Made by a program: the position numbers and the translations under genes
Notes under the pieces: generated by a model
Told to the model about the DNA's origin: nothing
Databases searched by the model: none
What the model saw: only the letters and a program-made list of their open reading frames with translations
Virus record (IMG/VR): IMGVR_UViG_3300029248_000066
From: a virus
Lineage: Duplodnaviria; Heunggongvirae; Uroviricota; Caudoviricetes
DNA length: 6,151 nt
Direction: 5' to 3' (one strand)
Shown: positions 5,345-6,151 of the stretch, one piece after another
How positions within the stretch are numbered: position 1 is the first letter of the stretch
Layout of the letters: the number at the start of each line of letters is the position of its first letter

Positions 5345-6151
5345 ATGGAAAGAGGTGTGGTATTTAGTGCATGCGAATTACTTAAAACCGAGGATGGAAA
5401 AGGCATCCGTACAGGTAAATGGATTAGTCAATTAGAAATAAACTATCTATGTCTTTATTGGGATAAACTAGTTTCACCCACTAATAATATTATACATACA
5501 GCATTAAATAACGAGGATGAATTAGAAAAATGTGGATTGCTAACCAGACCTGTATATAGACATCATGGTTGTTTTGATGGCCAATATATGGCTGATTTTT
5601 ATGCTGAAACTCATGCCAAAACAATAGATATACTTAGGCATGCGGATTCTTCTGTCGATTGGCGCATGCATTTTTTAAGTGACCAAATAAACTTGGTGCC
5701 TGAATTATCTAGAACCTCAGAAGTGATACGTTTTGAGCTAGCAAATTTATTACCCGTTCCCACAGAAGATGTGCACCTACATGATATTCTTGATTTCAAG
5801 GAAAGAAGAAAACCTGAATTAATCGCTTTACATGAATATCTTGATGAGCTTTACTTGGAAATAAAACGTTCTGGTGATATCAATCTTCAGAAAGCAAAAG
5901 CTCTTTCTAATCTTAAACAAGCAATAAAGGATATTGAACGCTTAAATTGTGAAGTGTGGAAAAGTCCAATAAAATTTAGCATCTCCACTTCCTTTGAGTT
6001 CGATTTTTCACAAATATTTAGTCTGGCGGGAACTGTTTTATCTATGTCAGTAGATTATCCTTATAATGTTATTGGAGGGGTAAGTAGTTTTGCTTATTTT
6101 TTGGGAGGATGCATAAAAATAAAGCCACAATTTCAACAAGTGTTATCATTA
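5345..6151 (+). CDS. Hypothetical protein, AT-rich moron-like gene, at least 269 aa (3' end beyond window); function unknown
   Basis: ATG 5345 with AGGAG (5334-5338) 6 nt upstream. Manual translation (MERGVVFSACELLKTEDGKGIRTGKWISQLEINYLCLYWDKLVSP...) is open for 269 codons to the window end. Missing from the ORF track because no stop lies inside the window. Manual GC counts of about 30-42% per 60 nt against about 50% for the adjacent lysis genes. No family recognised. Confidence 0.6.
   Translation, partial: MERGVVFSACELLKTEDGKGIRTGKWISQLEINYLCLYWDKLVSPTNNIIHTALNNEDELEKCGLLTRPVYRHHGCFDGQYMADFYAETHAKTIDILRHADSSVDWRMHFLSDQINLVPELSRTSEVIRFELANLLPVPTEDVHLHDILDFKERRKPELIALHEYLDELYLEIKRSGDINLQKAKALSNLKQAIKDIERLNCEVWKSPIKFSISTSFEFDFSQIFSLAGTVLSMSVDYPYNVIGGVSSFAYFLGGCIKIKPQFQQVLSL

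Larger units (their letters stand above)
1..6151 (+). mobile_element. Segment of a lambdoid prophage (nin region, Q antiterminator, late promoter/terminator, lysis cassette, flanking morons)
   Basis: Gene order ybcN-ninE-ybcO-rusA-ylcG-Q followed by holin, lambda-type R endolysin and Rz/Rz1, all co-directional, is the canonical lambdoid early-right to late layout. Several proteins match recalled DLP12/lambda proteins nearly residue for residue. Confidence 0.85.

Noticed and set aside
5611-5799. Minus-strand 62-aa ORF
   Set aside because: Lies antisense inside the long open + strand ORF starting at 5345; short and AT-rich, most likely a chance ORF.
1-6151. CRISPR arrays, IS elements, rRNA genes
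   Set aside because: No direct-repeat/spacer periodicity, no terminal inverted repeats flanking a transposase-like ORF, and no rRNA-like conserved stretches were seen.

Overview
The window reads as a segment of a lambdoid (phage 82 / DLP12-like) prophage of an E. coli-like enterobacterium, all on the + strand. In order: a 5'-truncated ORF of unknown function; an AT-rich three-gene insertion (397-1462) whose largest protein carries a HEPN-like R-N-x-x-x-H motif; the nin-region recombination/nuclease cluster ybcN-ninE-ybcO-rusA-ylcG joined by overlapping stop/start codons; a 229-aa cysteine-free Q-like late antiterminator; a candidate late promoter and strong intrinsic terminator (PR'/tR'-like); a lysis cassette (3-TMD holin, lambda-R-type endolysin interrupted by a 63-nt N-run, Rz with embedded Rz1); and an AT-rich ORF of at least 269 aa with its own Shine-Dalgarno that runs off the window end. 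The two AT-rich insertions (397-1462 and 5345-end) are the best candidates for undescribed accessory functions such as toxin/abortive-infection or defence genes; their function is inferred only from composition, position and one motif. All homology statements come from recalled protein sequences, not from a search. No tRNA, rRNA, CRISPR array or IS element was recognised.
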